Part shown: piece by piece, positions 19,392 to 29,879 of the stretch
Layout of the letters: each line of letters starts with the position of its first letter
Position numbering within the stretch: position 1 is the first letter of the stretch
Source of the DNA: an uncultured Gammaproteobacteria bacterium
GTDB taxonomy: Bacteria > Patescibacteriota > Microgenomatia > JALYQM01
DNA: 64,000 nt
Direction: 5' to 3'
Assembly: GCA_964535655.1 (NCBI GenBank)
Contig: CAZHTP010000002.1
Location: 154,054 to 218,053, forward strand
Made by a program: the position numbers and the translations under genes
The notes under the pieces: generated by a model
Seen by the model: only the letters and a program-made list of their open reading frames with translations
Database searches by the model: none
Told to the model about the DNA's origin: nothing

Positions 19392-20600
19392 ATGCAATTA
19401 GCTACAAATAAAAATTATAGTACGTTTTTTGGAATTTTCGTACTAACACTACTTGTGTATTCGTATACGCAATTAAAAAGCCCAACACCATACGATTACT
19501 TTATTAGATTATCAGATAGCTTTATCCATGGCAAAGTATATCTTACCGATCATCCCGCATGGTTAAATGAACTAATCCCTACTTCTGATCCAAATAAGTA
19601 TTACGTAGCCTACCCACCGATGCCGGCAATTATTGCAATCCCCTTTGTAGTATTTAATATCGCTAATAAAAGTCAGACCTTTATTGCCGTTATTTTTGGC
19701 AGTATCAATGCAGCAGCGCTCTACCTGGTTTTAAAGCGAGTTTATTCGTATCAAGCGGCTGTGTTAGGTGCACTGTTACTTGCCTTCGGCACGAACCATT
19801 GGTATTTAGCCACCGAAGGATCGTCTTGGTATATCGCACACATTATTGCTGTGTTCTTCTTGTTGATGGCATTTTTACTAATAATTAAAAAAACTGAAGA
19901 TAAAAATCTGGAATTCTCCTCAACACCTTGGCGTTGGCTCGCTGCTGGGCTGTGCATTGGTGCCGCATACTGGTCGCGATTGCCGGCAGTACTAATTGCG
20001 CCTTTTTTTGGATTAGTCCCTTTAACCCAACATGAGCTAAAAAAATATCTTAAACCGCTTCTGTTATTTAGTATTGGTGTTGGAACCTTTCTATTGCTTA
20101 ATTTTGGATATAACTATACTCGCTTTGGTACTATCTCTGATCAAAGCTATGTCCTTATTCCCGGTGTTCTCAAAGAGCCATGGTTTAATAAGGGGATTTT
20201 TAGCATAAGCTATTTGCCGACAAATATAAAATTTTTCTTCGCCAAAACCCCAACTCCCTACGCCTCATTTCCCTATTTTAAACCAAGCATAGAAGGTATG
20301 TCTTTTTTCTTGACATCGCCATTTTTCATTCTTTTACCTTTTATCAATTGGAAAAAACAATACAATATAGTTGCGTTAGCAATAGGTATTCTTATGTTGG
20401 GCCCAGGGCTTTTGCATGGCACGCCGGGGTTTGCTCAGTTCGGGTATCGTTTCGCCATGGAAGCAACACCGTTATTCCTTATCTCTTTTTGCTCAGTCCT
20501 TGAACGTAAATGGTGGCAAGTAAGCGTACCGCTTATGCTCTTGGCTGTAGCGATAAACTTCTGGGGAATATACTTTATTCGGGTTCTTAACATTTACTAG
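19392..20600 (+). CDS. GT-C-type membrane protein
   Basis: YPPMPAI, SWYIAH, NYTRFG, QFGYRFAM; polytopic. Confidence 0.65.
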   Translation: MQLATNKNYSTFFGIFVLTLLVYSYTQLKSPTPYDYFIRLSDSFIHGKVYLTDHPAWLNELIPTSDPNKYYVAYPPMPAIIAIPFVVFNIANKSQTFIAVIFGSINAAALYLVLKRVYSYQAAVLGALLLAFGTNHWYLATEGSSWYIAHIIAVFFLLMAFLLIIKKTEDKNLEFSSTPWRWLAAGLCIGAAYWSRLPAVLIAPFFGLVPLTQHELKKYLKPLLLFSIGVGTFLLLNFGYNYTRFGTISDQSYVLIPGVLKEPWFNKGIFSISYLPTNIKFFFAKTPTPYASFPYFKPSIEGMSFFLTSPFFILLPFINWKKQYNIVALAIGILMLGPGLLHGTPGFAQFGYRFAMEATPLFLISFCSVLERKWWQVSVPLMLLAVAINFWGIYFIRVLNIY

Positions 20601-20622
20601 GAAAATAAGATATAATCCTTTA

Positions 20623-21501
20623 ATGATAATAATAACTGGACAAACAGGTACAGGAAAAACATCGCTCGCTCTTGAACTTGCTCGCGCTAGAAACGGCGAA
20701 TTGCTTTCAGCAGATTCACGTCAGGTATTTTCAGAAATGGATTTGGGTACGGGTAAAGTCGACTCATTGGAAGATCTTAATAACAGAAACGGTATTTGGC
20801 ATCTGCGCGGTATCCCGATCTATGGCATTAATCTAATCAAAGCAAATCAGATTTTTAGTGCTGGAGATTTTGCTGAGTACGGGAAAAACGTCATAGCAGA
20901 TATTATCGCCCGAGGCAAACTACCAATAGTAGTAGGAGGAACAGGGTTTTACTTAAAATCGTTACTTGATCCCGATGAAACGGTCTCTGTTCCGCAAGAT
21001 TTTGAACTTCGTCGAAAATATGAATACAAACCCACGCAGTATCTTCAAACTACGCTTGCAGAAAAAGATCCAACCAAATTATCCAGCATGAACAATTCCG
21101 ACCGCAACAATCCACGTCGACTTATTCGCGCTATTGAAGTTGCCGATTGGAAAAGGCGAAATCCAATAGTTCCCAAGAGTGGATTCAGTTTTGCCCCTCT
21201 CGAGTGGATTGGACTACGTGCTTCACGAGAAGTATTAGAAAAAAGAATTGATCAGCGAATTACGCAGATGCTAAAAAATGGACTGCTTGAGGAAGTCACT
21301 AAATTAGTAGAAACATATTCATGGGGATCAGCGGGCTTAACCACTATTGGATATAAAGAGTGGCATCCGTATTTCTTAAACCAGAAAACAATCGATCAAG
21401 TCAGGCAAGATATCCTCACAGCACATTTGCAGTATGCCAGAAAGCAACTAATTTACTTCAAACATCTCCCCGAAATTAACTGGCAAGAGATCACGGGTTA
21501 A
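20623..21501 (+). CDS. miaA: tRNA dimethylallyltransferase
   Basis: GQTGTGKT, SADSRQV, VGGTGFY, RRLIRAIEV, IGYKE, YARKQ. Confidence 0.95.
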   Translation: MIIITGQTGTGKTSLALELARARNGELLSADSRQVFSEMDLGTGKVDSLEDLNNRNGIWHLRGIPIYGINLIKANQIFSAGDFAEYGKNVIADIIARGKLPIVVGGTGFYLKSLLDPDETVSVPQDFELRRKYEYKPTQYLQTTLAEKDPTKLSSMNNSDRNNPRRLIRAIEVADWKRRNPIVPKSGFSFAPLEWIGLRASREVLEKRIDQRITQMLKNGLLEEVTKLVETYSWGSAGLTTIGYKEWHPYFLNQKTIDQVRQDILTAHLQYARKQLIYFKHLPEINWQEITG

Positions 21502-21547
21502 GGCAGTCATTCTTGACCCTGGCAATCAAACCCTTTACGCTATAGCT

Positions 21548-22606
21548 ATGGACCTTCGCTCTACAACAACAATTAAATGGGATATTTCGCTATCAGTAAT
21601 TGTCAAAATAGTAGGCACTGCGATTGTACTATTCTTAATCTACTATCTTCAGGATGTACTTGTTTCACTCTTTATAGCAATAATTTTAATGGCCGCCATC
21701 GCGCCCCTTGTTTCTATTGTAAAAAATATACTTAAAATCTCAAACCGATTTGCCATTACTATTGCGTATGTATGTACCCTTACTGTTATTGTAACTATAA
21801 TTTATCTAGTTGTTCCTCCATTACTGCGACAACTAGGGTTATTTCTTGTTGATCTGCCAAAATATACTCGTTCAGTTATTTCATCATTGGGATTTTTTAA
21901 TAACGATACGCAGATAGATTTATATAAAGACAATGTTCTTAACTATTTTAACGAGCAAACCGGTAGAATTGCTGAGAGTGCATTCAATGCTACTATTGGA
22001 TTATTCTCAGGAATACTCCAGGCGATAAGCATTGCTGTCTTCACTTTCTACCTACTATTAGAAAAGGAAGCTACGCAAGGAAGTGTGTTAAGATTTATTC
22101 CTTGGATATCTCATAATCAAAAGAAAGAAATCACTAGACTCTCCAGCGAGATTCAACTGAAGCTCGGTCACTGGGCCCGCGGCCAAGTATTACTTTGTTT
22201 GATCGTAGGAATAGGAACTTTTATTGGACTTACATTGTTACAAGTCCAGTTTGCTTTGCCGCTCGCCGTAATAGCGGGAATCCTCGAAATAGTCCCCATT
22301 ATTGGGCCAGCTATCTCAGCGGTACCAGCGATAATTGTGACACTTGCGGTAGAGCCAGACAAAGCAATTTTTGTTGTTGCACTATACCTCCTCATACAAC
22401 AGCTCGAAAATAGTTTTATAGTGCCTCAGGTAATGAAAAAAGCAATCGGACTATCGCCAATTGTAACCTTGCTAGCCTTAATGATAGGGGAAAAGCTCAT
22501 GGGGACAACCGGAGCGCTGCTATCACTTCCCGCGACAACCGCCATCCTCGTTATCCTCGACTATTATACTAAGAAAAAAGACAAGATATCGATTAGGTTA
22601 GATTAA
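21548..22606 (+). CDS. AI-2E family (PerM/TqsA) transporter
   Basis: EIVPIIGP, QQLENSFIVPQVM, GLSP motifs. Confidence 0.9.
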   Translation: MDLRSTTTIKWDISLSVIVKIVGTAIVLFLIYYLQDVLVSLFIAIILMAAIAPLVSIVKNILKISNRFAITIAYVCTLTVIVTIIYLVVPPLLRQLGLFLVDLPKYTRSVISSLGFFNNDTQIDLYKDNVLNYFNEQTGRIAESAFNATIGLFSGILQAISIAVFTFYLLLEKEATQGSVLRFIPWISHNQKKEITRLSSEIQLKLGHWARGQVLLCLIVGIGTFIGLTLLQVQFALPLAVIAGILEIVPIIGPAISAVPAIIVTLAVEPDKAIFVVALYLLIQQLENSFIVPQVMKKAIGLSPIVTLLALMIGEKLMGTTGALLSLPATTAILVILDYYTKKKDKISIRLD

Positions 22607-22608
22607 AT

Positions 22609-23235
22609 ATGTATGCAGTAGTTGTCAGTCTTGCTATATGTGGTGTAATTTTATTTATTCTTTTTTTAAGGAAAGTACATACTTCGGAAAATAATAAGGA
22701 GCATCATGTTTCCAAACTATATGTAGATTCTGCTATCATCGAGTTTGAAGGTGAACAGATAAGACGGAATGGTAAACTCGATTCACAGGTTCCACCAGGT
22801 CATTTTGAAGAATTAATTGAATCGCTCAATCGCTGCTCAAGATATAGGGAGATTTATGGGAATTATAAAGAATATATCGCCGTAAATACTATTCTTAAAA
22901 TTGGACTGCTAACCCGTTTTGCTCGGCAAGAACGCTTTGCCCATATTGAACCAACGAGTTATCGAGCTGACCTTAAATATGGCGGTTGCTACTTTGAGAG
23001 CACTGATGGTGTCGCCATGGTTTATGCAATAGGTGATACTAGCGCAATCCTAGAAATGTGTTCTCAAATCCATGATAAGGAAGAAATACTTAGAGTAGCA
23101 CAAAAGTGGGCGAAGCAAAATTATTTAGTTACAGCAATTGCGACAGGTGATGTATATAGCGATAAAAAGAATGTCCTCACCCGCGGTGTTAAAGAAAAAA
23201 TGACATTTTTGGGGCTACTTGCTATTCCCAACTAA
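22609..23235 (+). CDS. Membrane-anchored protein with degenerate P-type ATPase N-domain-like C-terminus
   Basis: N-terminal TM; GDTSAILEMC...A....LVTAIA....EKMTFLGLLAIP resembles GA.E.IL..C...GLRVLAVA...E..L.FLGL. Confidence 0.45.
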   Translation: MYAVVVSLAICGVILFILFLRKVHTSENNKEHHVSKLYVDSAIIEFEGEQIRRNGKLDSQVPPGHFEELIESLNRCSRYREIYGNYKEYIAVNTILKIGLLTRFARQERFAHIEPTSYRADLKYGGCYFESTDGVAMVYAIGDTSAILEMCSQIHDKEEILRVAQKWAKQNYLVTAIATGDVYSDKKNVLTRGVKEKMTFLGLLAIPN

Positions 23236-23281
23236 TTAAATCTACTTGATCATCTTCGGGTTTTATTGTATACTACCATTG

Positions 23282-23582
23282 GCCTTAGGAAACAGTTTGG
23301 TTAGTCGGAGAGAGTCGCAAGACGAATCGAAGGCAGGAAAGTCCAGACAGCATAGAGCAAGGGTGTCCCGCTTAACTGTGGGAACGCGAAAGCGCTAGTT
23401 AGAGCATCAGAGACGATTAAATCATCTTCGAAAAGCTTTGGAGATGATGGAAGGTGAAAAGGGCAATCCTCCCCGCTGCAATCCTAGACAGAACCGATAT
23501 CAGGTGGCTTGCCGAGGTTCAAATCAGGAGCATTAGATAGATTACCATTAAAACAGAATCTGGCTTACTCGTCTCCTAAGGC
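23282..23582 (+). ncRNA. rnpB: RNase P RNA
   Basis: P1 GCCTTAGGA/TCCTAAGGC; conserved GGAAAGTCC and AAAACAGAATCTGGCTTA; GGTGAAAAGGGCAATC. Confidence 0.92.
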
Positions 23583-23653
23583 TTTTTAAAATCCACAATC
23601 AAAAATCCACTGCTTCTTGCAAAAGCAATTTCTTTTATTGCACAATTGACTAA

Positions 23654-25186
23654 ATGTTAACAATTATAACCTCTGCGGCTATTGTGGGCCTTGAGGCAAG
23701 ACTCGTCTCAATTGAAGTTGACATTCAATCACAAGGCTTGCCCCATTTTATCATTGTTGGACTTCCCGACAAATCCATCGATGAAGCAAAAGAGCGTGTC
23801 AAAAGTGCAATCAAAAATAGTGGGTTCGAATTTCCTAATAAAAAAATTACTGTCAATATGGCACCCGCCGATGTTTCTAAAGAAGGGTCACGGTATGATT
23901 TGCCAATCGCTATGGGGATACTTGCTTCATCAGGACAAATACCTGCAGTTTCTAAATCTAAATTATTTTATGGTGAACTCTCACTTGATGGTTCAATTAA
24001 GCCTGTCAGTGGAAGTGTCTTAATTTCGATTCTTGCAAGAGAATCACCTATAGAGGAACTATATTCTCCACATGATAACGCCAAAGAAGCCGCGCTTATT
24101 AGCGGTACAAAAATATATGCCTGCGATAAGCTAAGTGATCTCGTTTCTCATTTCGCAGATAATTTTCCGCTCACCGTGCAACAACATCATATTCCTCTTA
24201 CTCAAAATAAAAACTCACTCGCAATTTTCACTGACATGTCCGATGTACAAGGTCAACAACAAGTAAAGAGAGCCCTAGAAATAAGCGCTGCCGGAAGCCA
24301 CAACATTATTTTAATAGGCAGTCCGGGAGCAGGAAAAACCATGCTCGCTCGAACATTCCCTTCTATTTTACCCAACATCACCGTTGATGAAGCAATAGAA
24401 TTAACAAAGCTATATAGTGTGTCAGGAAACCTAACCAGCGATTCTCCCATAATTTCTGAGCGCCCGTTTCGCCATCCACATCACACCGGTAGTGTTTCAT
24501 CGATTATAGGTGGGGGAACAAACCCTAAGCCTGGCGAAATCTCGCTTGCCCACCGCGGAGTATTATTCATGGACGAATTTCTCGAATTCCCCAAAATAGT
24601 ATTGGAATCATTACGTCAACCACTTGAAGACGGCGAAATTACGGTGTCTCGTACCGCTTCAACAGTAACATTTCCTGCTAAATTTATTTTACTGGCAGCA
24701 TGTAATCCATGCCCGTGCGGCTTTGCATATAGCATGGACCCCGGCAAGCAATGCTCTTGTAGTAGTTCTCAATTAACACGGTATAAAAAGAAATTATCGG
24801 GCCCTATTTTGGATCGGATCGATTTGCAAGTAAAAGTTCGCGCAGTTCCGATTCACGAGCTAGCAGCACGAAGCGAATCAGAAAAATCAGAACATATCAA
24901 GGAAAGAGTCCAAAATGCTCGAGAGATCCAATATAAAAGATTTGCTCATACAAATTTAAGATCAAATGCTGAAATGAGTAGTAGCGAAGTTCGCGCTCAT
25001 TGTAAATTTTCATCCGAAACCGAAGAATTGTTAAAGTCAGCAGTTACAAGAATGCACCTCTCAGCTCGAGCCTATAACCGCACAATTAAAGTCGCTAGGA
25101 CTATTGCGGATCTGGCTCAGGAAGAAATTATTACTAAGCAACATATCGCCGAATCGCTCCAGTACAGATTTAATGATATTATATAA
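23654..25186 (+). CDS. comM: YifB/ComM Mg-chelatase-like AAA+ ATPase
   Basis: IVGLPD, GSPGAGKT, RPFRHPHH, PGEISLAHRGVLFMDE, NPCPCG, SGPILDRID. Confidence 0.95.
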   Translation: MLTIITSAAIVGLEARLVSIEVDIQSQGLPHFIIVGLPDKSIDEAKERVKSAIKNSGFEFPNKKITVNMAPADVSKEGSRYDLPIAMGILASSGQIPAVSKSKLFYGELSLDGSIKPVSGSVLISILARESPIEELYSPHDNAKEAALISGTKIYACDKLSDLVSHFADNFPLTVQQHHIPLTQNKNSLAIFTDMSDVQGQQQVKRALEISAAGSHNIILIGSPGAGKTMLARTFPSILPNITVDEAIELTKLYSVSGNLTSDSPIISERPFRHPHHTGSVSSIIGGGTNPKPGEISLAHRGVLFMDEFLEFPKIVLESLRQPLEDGEITVSRTASTVTFPAKFILLAACNPCPCGFAYSMDPGKQCSCSSSQLTRYKKKLSGPILDRIDLQVKVRAVPIHELAARSESEKSEHIKERVQNAREIQYKRFAHTNLRSNAEMSSSEVRAHCKFSSETEELLKSAVTRMHLSARAYNRTIKVARTIADLAQEEIITKQHIAESLQYRFNDII

Positions 25187-25188
25187 AT

Positions 25189-26085
25189 ATGAAAGTTCTT
25201 ATTGCCGGCGCGACAGGTTTTATTGGATCACTCATTGTAGAGCAGCTCTTAAAAAAAGCGCATGATGTCTGGGTGCTTTTACCTGATCAATCACAACTTG
25301 AAGAATACCAACATATGAGCGTCCATGCCATGGTTGGAAATGCAGCAGAAAACGGTACTTGGTTGAGCCAACTTCCTGATAATTTAGATTTTATCGTTAA
25401 TGCAATCTTTCCAAATATTTCAGTGCGGCTTTCTCTCAAACAAATCGAGAATGAAGGAGCTTCACATTATTTTAATGTTGGGAAAAATTTACTGTATGCT
25501 GCTGAAAAAACTGGAGTAAAGCGAATGTACCAATTCGCACCTCTATACTGCTACACAAATACTGGGGTAGAAATTACTGAAAAATCCATACTTAACCGCG
25601 ATACGAACACCATCGGAAAGTTATATATGGATTTGCTACCGTATCTGACAAATCAAAAAGTTCAATCCACGGTGTTAATGCACGGCTTATTATATAATTT
25701 TACTGGATTTACTTTCCCCGAAATACCACGCGTAGCAGGGCGCATACCAATTATTGGAGGAGGAGAGAATCTCCTGGTACTAACTCACATTGTAGATCTA
25801 GCTTCAGCTTGTGTATTTCTTCTCGAGAAAGAAATTGCAGAGCACTTTATAAATGTCGTTGACGATAAACCTCTTCGGCAAAAGGAAATAATGCAGCGTC
25901 TCGGGTTGAAGACCCAAAGTGGAACCGTACCTTTGCCAAAGTTTGCAGCGACCCCCCTTCTGGGTGATGTTCTTACCAGTACGCTAACAGAATCAATTCA
26001 AGCTAAAAATAATCTACTCAAGTCGTTTGGGTATTGGTTAAAGTATCCGGATATGAATGCAGGCTTTGCGGCAAGCACTATTTAA
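25189..26085 (+). CDS. NAD-dependent epimerase/dehydratase family protein
   Basis: IAGATGFIG Rossmann motif; THIVDLA. Confidence 0.8.
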   Translation: MKVLIAGATGFIGSLIVEQLLKKAHDVWVLLPDQSQLEEYQHMSVHAMVGNAAENGTWLSQLPDNLDFIVNAIFPNISVRLSLKQIENEGASHYFNVGKNLLYAAEKTGVKRMYQFAPLYCYTNTGVEITEKSILNRDTNTIGKLYMDLLPYLTNQKVQSTVLMHGLLYNFTGFTFPEIPRVAGRIPIIGGGENLLVLTHIVDLASACVFLLEKEIAEHFINVVDDKPLRQKEIMQRLGLKTQSGTVPLPKFAATPLLGDVLTSTLTESIQAKNNLLKSFGYWLKYPDMNAGFAASTI

Positions 26086-26311
26086 CTATATGGAGGAAAT
26101 AGAAAAGTAATTCGCCTAAGACAACAGCACCACCAACTAAAAGCGATTTACGGATATCATGCGAGTAGGCATTAATTTCGTGAGAATTTCTTTCTTTCTG
26201 CGACTGTGCAACGCGATCTGAAGATTTTCGTAGGGTGTTAAGCGAAACTCCTAAACCTTCAGTGTCATGGGTAGTAGTAGATTCTTTTATAACTTGTTTT
26301 TGAATTGTCAT
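26078..26311 (-). CDS. Small protein with C-terminal TM helix
   Basis: ORF ending DIRKSLLVGGAVVLGELLFYF. Confidence 0.5.
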   Translation of the reverse strand: MTIQKQVIKESTTTHDTEGLGVSLNTLRKSSDRVAQSQKERNSHEINAYSHDIRKSLLVGGAVVLGELLFYFLHIVK

Positions 26312-26412
26312 ACACGGGAGTATACCGCGTAAAGTCTGCCTTGACAAGCAAATACTAGTGAACTTATCATTGAGTAGCTTAGGTGCGCAATTTGGCGTAT
26401 TTAAAAATAACT

Positions 26413-27597
26413 ATGAATCAGAAAAAAATAATTACATTAAGTATTGCCGGTATTCTTGTCCTCGGTCTATCAATATTTGGCGCCTATACTATTACAAAAT
26501 ACGTAAACACTCCTACTGAGACCGTCTCTTCAAACCCATCCAGTAGCCCTGAACCAACAATTAAAAAAGTTGATGCAGAAAGCTATTGTCCGCTTAACGG
26601 GAAAAAATATACAACAGATGATCAGCTTCGCTGGGAACAAAAACACCCGGTTGCGGTAATGATAGAAAACCACACTGAGGCACGACCACAATCAGGGTTA
26701 ACCAGTGCCGATGTCGTGTACGAAGCAGTAGCAGAGGGTGGCATCACGCGTTTTGAAGCCTTGTTCCTGTGCGATACACCTCCGCAAGTTGTTGGTCCAG
26801 TGCGTAGTGCCCGCACGTATTTTTTGGATTGGCTATCAGAATATAACGCTTTTTATGCTCATGTTGGCGGTGCTAATTCTGGTGGCTCTGCTACTCAAAG
26901 TAAAGCCGATGCTCTACAACAGATTAAAGATTATGGCATAAAAGATTTCGATGGAATAACAAGCAACGTTTCAGAAGGATTTTATCGTGATGAAAACAGA
27001 AATCCAAACGTAGCATACGAACACACCATGTATTTAGATATTGAACGTTTACGCAAATATGCCAAAGATACCTTTAACTGGGGAGTAGCCGTAAATGGTT
27101 CTCGCTGGGACAGTACGTTTGAAAAATGGAAATTTGTTGATTCTAAAACAATTCCTAAACCCACATCAGTCGAAGCATCGTCTGCTGCTACTATCAGTTA
27201 TCAATTCTGGGATACTTCAGCCAATTTATTTAACGTAAAGTGGTCATACGATACTGCAACAAAGTTATATGCTCGGAATATGGCGGGTAAACCGCATGTC
27301 GATAAAAATAATAATGAACAAATTAAAGTAACCAATATCATAGTTCTTTTCCAAGAAGAGAGCCGCGCCGACGACGATTATCACGATAATTTGCACCTGC
27401 TATACAAGACGATCGGTACAGGACAAGCCTATATCTTTATGAATGGGAACATGATAAAAGGAACGTGGAGCAAGTCTGGAAGGACTGCAAAAACGAAATT
27501 CCTTGACTCCACAGGCCAGGAAGTGGCTCTTGAGCGAGGTAAAATCTGGATTTCAATCGTCCCTACATATAGTAAGGATTCGGTTAAAGTAAACTGA
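26413..27597 (+). CDS. DUF3048 (YerB-like) membrane-anchored protein
   Basis: VMIENH..ARPQSGL..AD.VYE..AEGGITRF, GPVRSAR, GKIWISIVP. Confidence 0.9.
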   Translation: MNQKKIITLSIAGILVLGLSIFGAYTITKYVNTPTETVSSNPSSSPEPTIKKVDAESYCPLNGKKYTTDDQLRWEQKHPVAVMIENHTEARPQSGLTSADVVYEAVAEGGITRFEALFLCDTPPQVVGPVRSARTYFLDWLSEYNAFYAHVGGANSGGSATQSKADALQQIKDYGIKDFDGITSNVSEGFYRDENRNPNVAYEHTMYLDIERLRKYAKDTFNWGVAVNGSRWDSTFEKWKFVDSKTIPKPTSVEASSAATISYQFWDTSANLFNVKWSYDTATKLYARNMAGKPHVDKNNNEQIKVTNIIVLFQEESRADDDYHDNLHLLYKTIGTGQAYIFMNGNMIKGTWSKSGRTAKTKFLDSTGQEVALERGKIWISIVPTYSKDSVKVN

Positions 27598-27628
27598 AAA
27601 TAACTACTCCTGCCCGAAAGGAGATTCT

Positions 27629-28210
27629 ATGTTAAACGATCTGTTCATATCCAAAGTTCGGGTAAAAATGCTACAGCTTTTCATGCTTAACCCCATGACC
27701 ATGTTTCATGTTCGCGAAATTGTTCGGCAGGTAGACGAAGAGATTAACGCCGTACGAAGAGAATTGCAGCGCATGGAAAAAGGTGGAATGGTGCGCTCGG
27801 AATGGCGGGCAAATAGGCGCTACTACGAATTTAAAAAAGAGTATCTATTCTATCCTGAACTGCTTGCCATGATGAACAAAATTACCGGCCTTGGAGGAGA
27901 GATTATCCAAAACCGGGCAAAACTGGGTAAGGTTAAATTTGCCTTCATCTCGGGTGGATTTGCTCGAGGTAAAACCCCTGGTCCAAAAGATGTTGAGCTC
28001 TTAACAGTTGGGACAATAGTATTACCAGAACTTTCGGCACTAGTTAAATCAGAGGAGGTCAAAAGAGGCCGCGAGATCAACTATACTGTAATGGCGGAAG
28101 ACGAATATAAGTACCGGGTCACAAGGCGCGACCCATTTATCCTTGATGTCCTTGAAAGACCTAGAATTATGCTTATTGGCGAAGAAGAAGCCCTTCTTGC
28201 AGACGTTTAA
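27629..28210 (+). CDS. Winged-helix + degenerate nucleotidyltransferase-fold regulator
   Basis: SKVRVKML...HVREIVR...INAVRREL; C-terminal SGGF...DVELLTVG, GREINYTVM. Confidence 0.7.
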   Translation: MLNDLFISKVRVKMLQLFMLNPMTMFHVREIVRQVDEEINAVRRELQRMEKGGMVRSEWRANRRYYEFKKEYLFYPELLAMMNKITGLGGEIIQNRAKLGKVKFAFISGGFARGKTPGPKDVELLTVGTIVLPELSALVKSEEVKRGREINYTVMAEDEYKYRVTRRDPFILDVLERPRIMLIGEEEALLADV

Positions 28211-28986
28211 AGTGACGCACTTTTTATTATTTCGCTAAAGTGTCGCACTTTATTCAAGTCACTTTCACTATAGCTAAATGATGCAACATCTTCAGCAAGT
28301 TTTTCAAAATCGAGAGTCTCACAAAAACTGATAGTTTTAGCCCTCAATTCGTTTGAGGTACCAACTCCAATTTTGTAATTCAAATAGTCATAATCAGGCT
28401 TAATCGAAAAAGACAATAAATATGCAATGTCAAAAAAATCACGACCTAGTACGCGAGGTCTATTAAATAACGCATTAAACTTCTGTGCAAGTAAAATATT
28501 TTTTGGCGTAACACGTACAGTAGGATTTAACCCGAACCGCTGCAAAGATTGCACGTCAGGTTGGTAAGTATATCCATGTGCCGTGCTATCAATTTGGATT
28601 AAAATTTTCTCAGATTCTAAAGGTGAAATCTTTTGCTCAAAGAGAATATGAGGAAGGCGAACATTACACCGAAATGCCCCCTTATGAACAAAACTAGTTT
28701 CTACTTCATAACCTTCTTCTTCAAGTCGCAACTTCACAGTGCTTCCAACCGAAAGAAATTCTTCTTCTGTTAGGCCAAAATTATCAAAATCTAAGTCTTC
28801 GGAAAAACGGGGGCAACCATGAATAATTCTCAAGGCAGTTCCGCCTAAAAAAGACAATTTAAAGGCGAATTCCGATGCAAAAATCCCATCAAGCATCAGA
28901 CATTGCAAATATTCTCTCAAAATCTGTCGCTTATCTCGTGTTTGAGAAGGAGGATAATATGATTGGATTGTTTCAATAGTGAACAT
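28207..28986 (-). CDS. abiEii: AbiEii type IV toxin nucleotidyltransferase
   Basis: FLGGTALRI, RFSEDLDF, K..AL..R...RDFFD. Confidence 0.9.
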   Translation of the reverse strand: MFTIETIQSYYPPSQTRDKRQILREYLQCLMLDGIFASEFAFKLSFLGGTALRIIHGCPRFSEDLDFDNFGLTEEEFLSVGSTVKLRLEEEGYEVETSFVHKGAFRCNVRLPHILFEQKISPLESEKILIQIDSTAHGYTYQPDVQSLQRFGLNPTVRVTPKNILLAQKFNALFNRPRVLGRDFFDIAYLLSFSIKPDYDYLNYKIGVGTSNELRAKTISFCETLDFEKLAEDVASFSYSESDLNKVRHFSEIIKSASL

Positions 28987-29611
28987 ATGTTGGACTCCTT
29001 AAGTAGTTAAGTAATAAGCGGGCGCGCCTTTCTAACGCACCATTTTCAGAAATGGTAATGTACTTCCAAAAAAGAGGTTCATCAAAATGAGCAAAAAGCT
29101 CTTCAGAATTTATACGCAGTTCGTGCATATCACCTTCGGTTTTTAACTCTGGATGAAAATAGAGGTAATCTACCAAGGCCTTTTCCTTCGTAGCTATAAA
29201 AAATGACATAGATCCATACGCAACGCTGGTATACCCTACCATCATAGTTGGCTTGATTGACTTAAAAAGGAACTCTCCAAGGGGTGTTTTATATACTGCT
29301 GTCTTTCTTGTACTAATGCTTGTTGTACGAAAAACTCCTTCTGAGATGAGATTGTAGTAGCGTAGTGCCGATTCAAGAGATATATAAGAAGGTGAATAGA
29401 GGTTCTTAGCCACTGCAAAAAGGCCATAGGAATCAAGCGCACTCGCCAAGTCCGCAAAGACATAATAACCACGCACCAATCTTTGAATATAACCTATCCT
29501 TTCCCACCGCCTAAGCTGGGTTGTAGCGATATTCGGTTCAAAAAACCGTATATCATGTGGGGTAAAGACGAGCTTATTCTTAAGCGATTGTTGTAATTCT
29601 CGGTACTTCAT
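28973..29611 (-). CDS. abiEi: AbiEi type IV antitoxin
   Basis: L.RG.Y, PSYISLESAL.YY.LI.E, IATKEKALVD; start MKYREL. Confidence 0.85.
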   Translation of the reverse strand: MKYRELQQSLKNKLVFTPHDIRFFEPNIATTQLRRWERIGYIQRLVRGYYVFADLASALDSYGLFAVAKNLYSPSYISLESALRYYNLISEGVFRTTSISTRKTAVYKTPLGEFLFKSIKPTMMVGYTSVAYGSMSFFIATKEKALVDYLYFHPELKTEGDMHELRINSEELFAHFDEPLFWKYITISENGALERRARLLLNYLRSPTYVHY

Positions 29612-29759
29612 ATGTTTCTCCAAAGATACATTTATGTATTCTTTAAGAAATAAAATAACAGAAATGAGAGAGAAAGGCAAGGGGTAATAGATGAGCCTAG
29701 ATATCCTAATAGCGATAATGAGTGAGCGTGATATGTAGAATAAAGAAGACCTATAGCTA

Positions 29760-29788
29760 TTGACAAAGGGATATAGGTGTGTTAACAT
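29760..29788 (+). promoter_or_regulatory. Sigma70 promoter of ribozyme cassette C
   Basis: TTGACA-N17-TAACAT with TG extension. Confidence 0.7.
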
Positions 29789-29864
29789 CACGATACCTCA
29801 ATAGGAGGCAACCTCAATTCGAGGCTGTTCTACTTGAGAGGCCCGAAGCCTTAAAACTTCGGTA

Positions 29865-29879
29865 GCACATTCAAAAGAG
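29865..29879 (+). promoter_or_regulatory. boxA-like motif, cassette C
   Basis: GCACATTCAAAAGAG; equivalent motif at the same position in cassettes A and B. Confidence 0.45.

Noticed and set aside
29612-29791. 60-aa N-terminal extension of the abiEi ORF
   Set aside because: Runs through promoter DNA; family similarity starts at MKYREL (29611)
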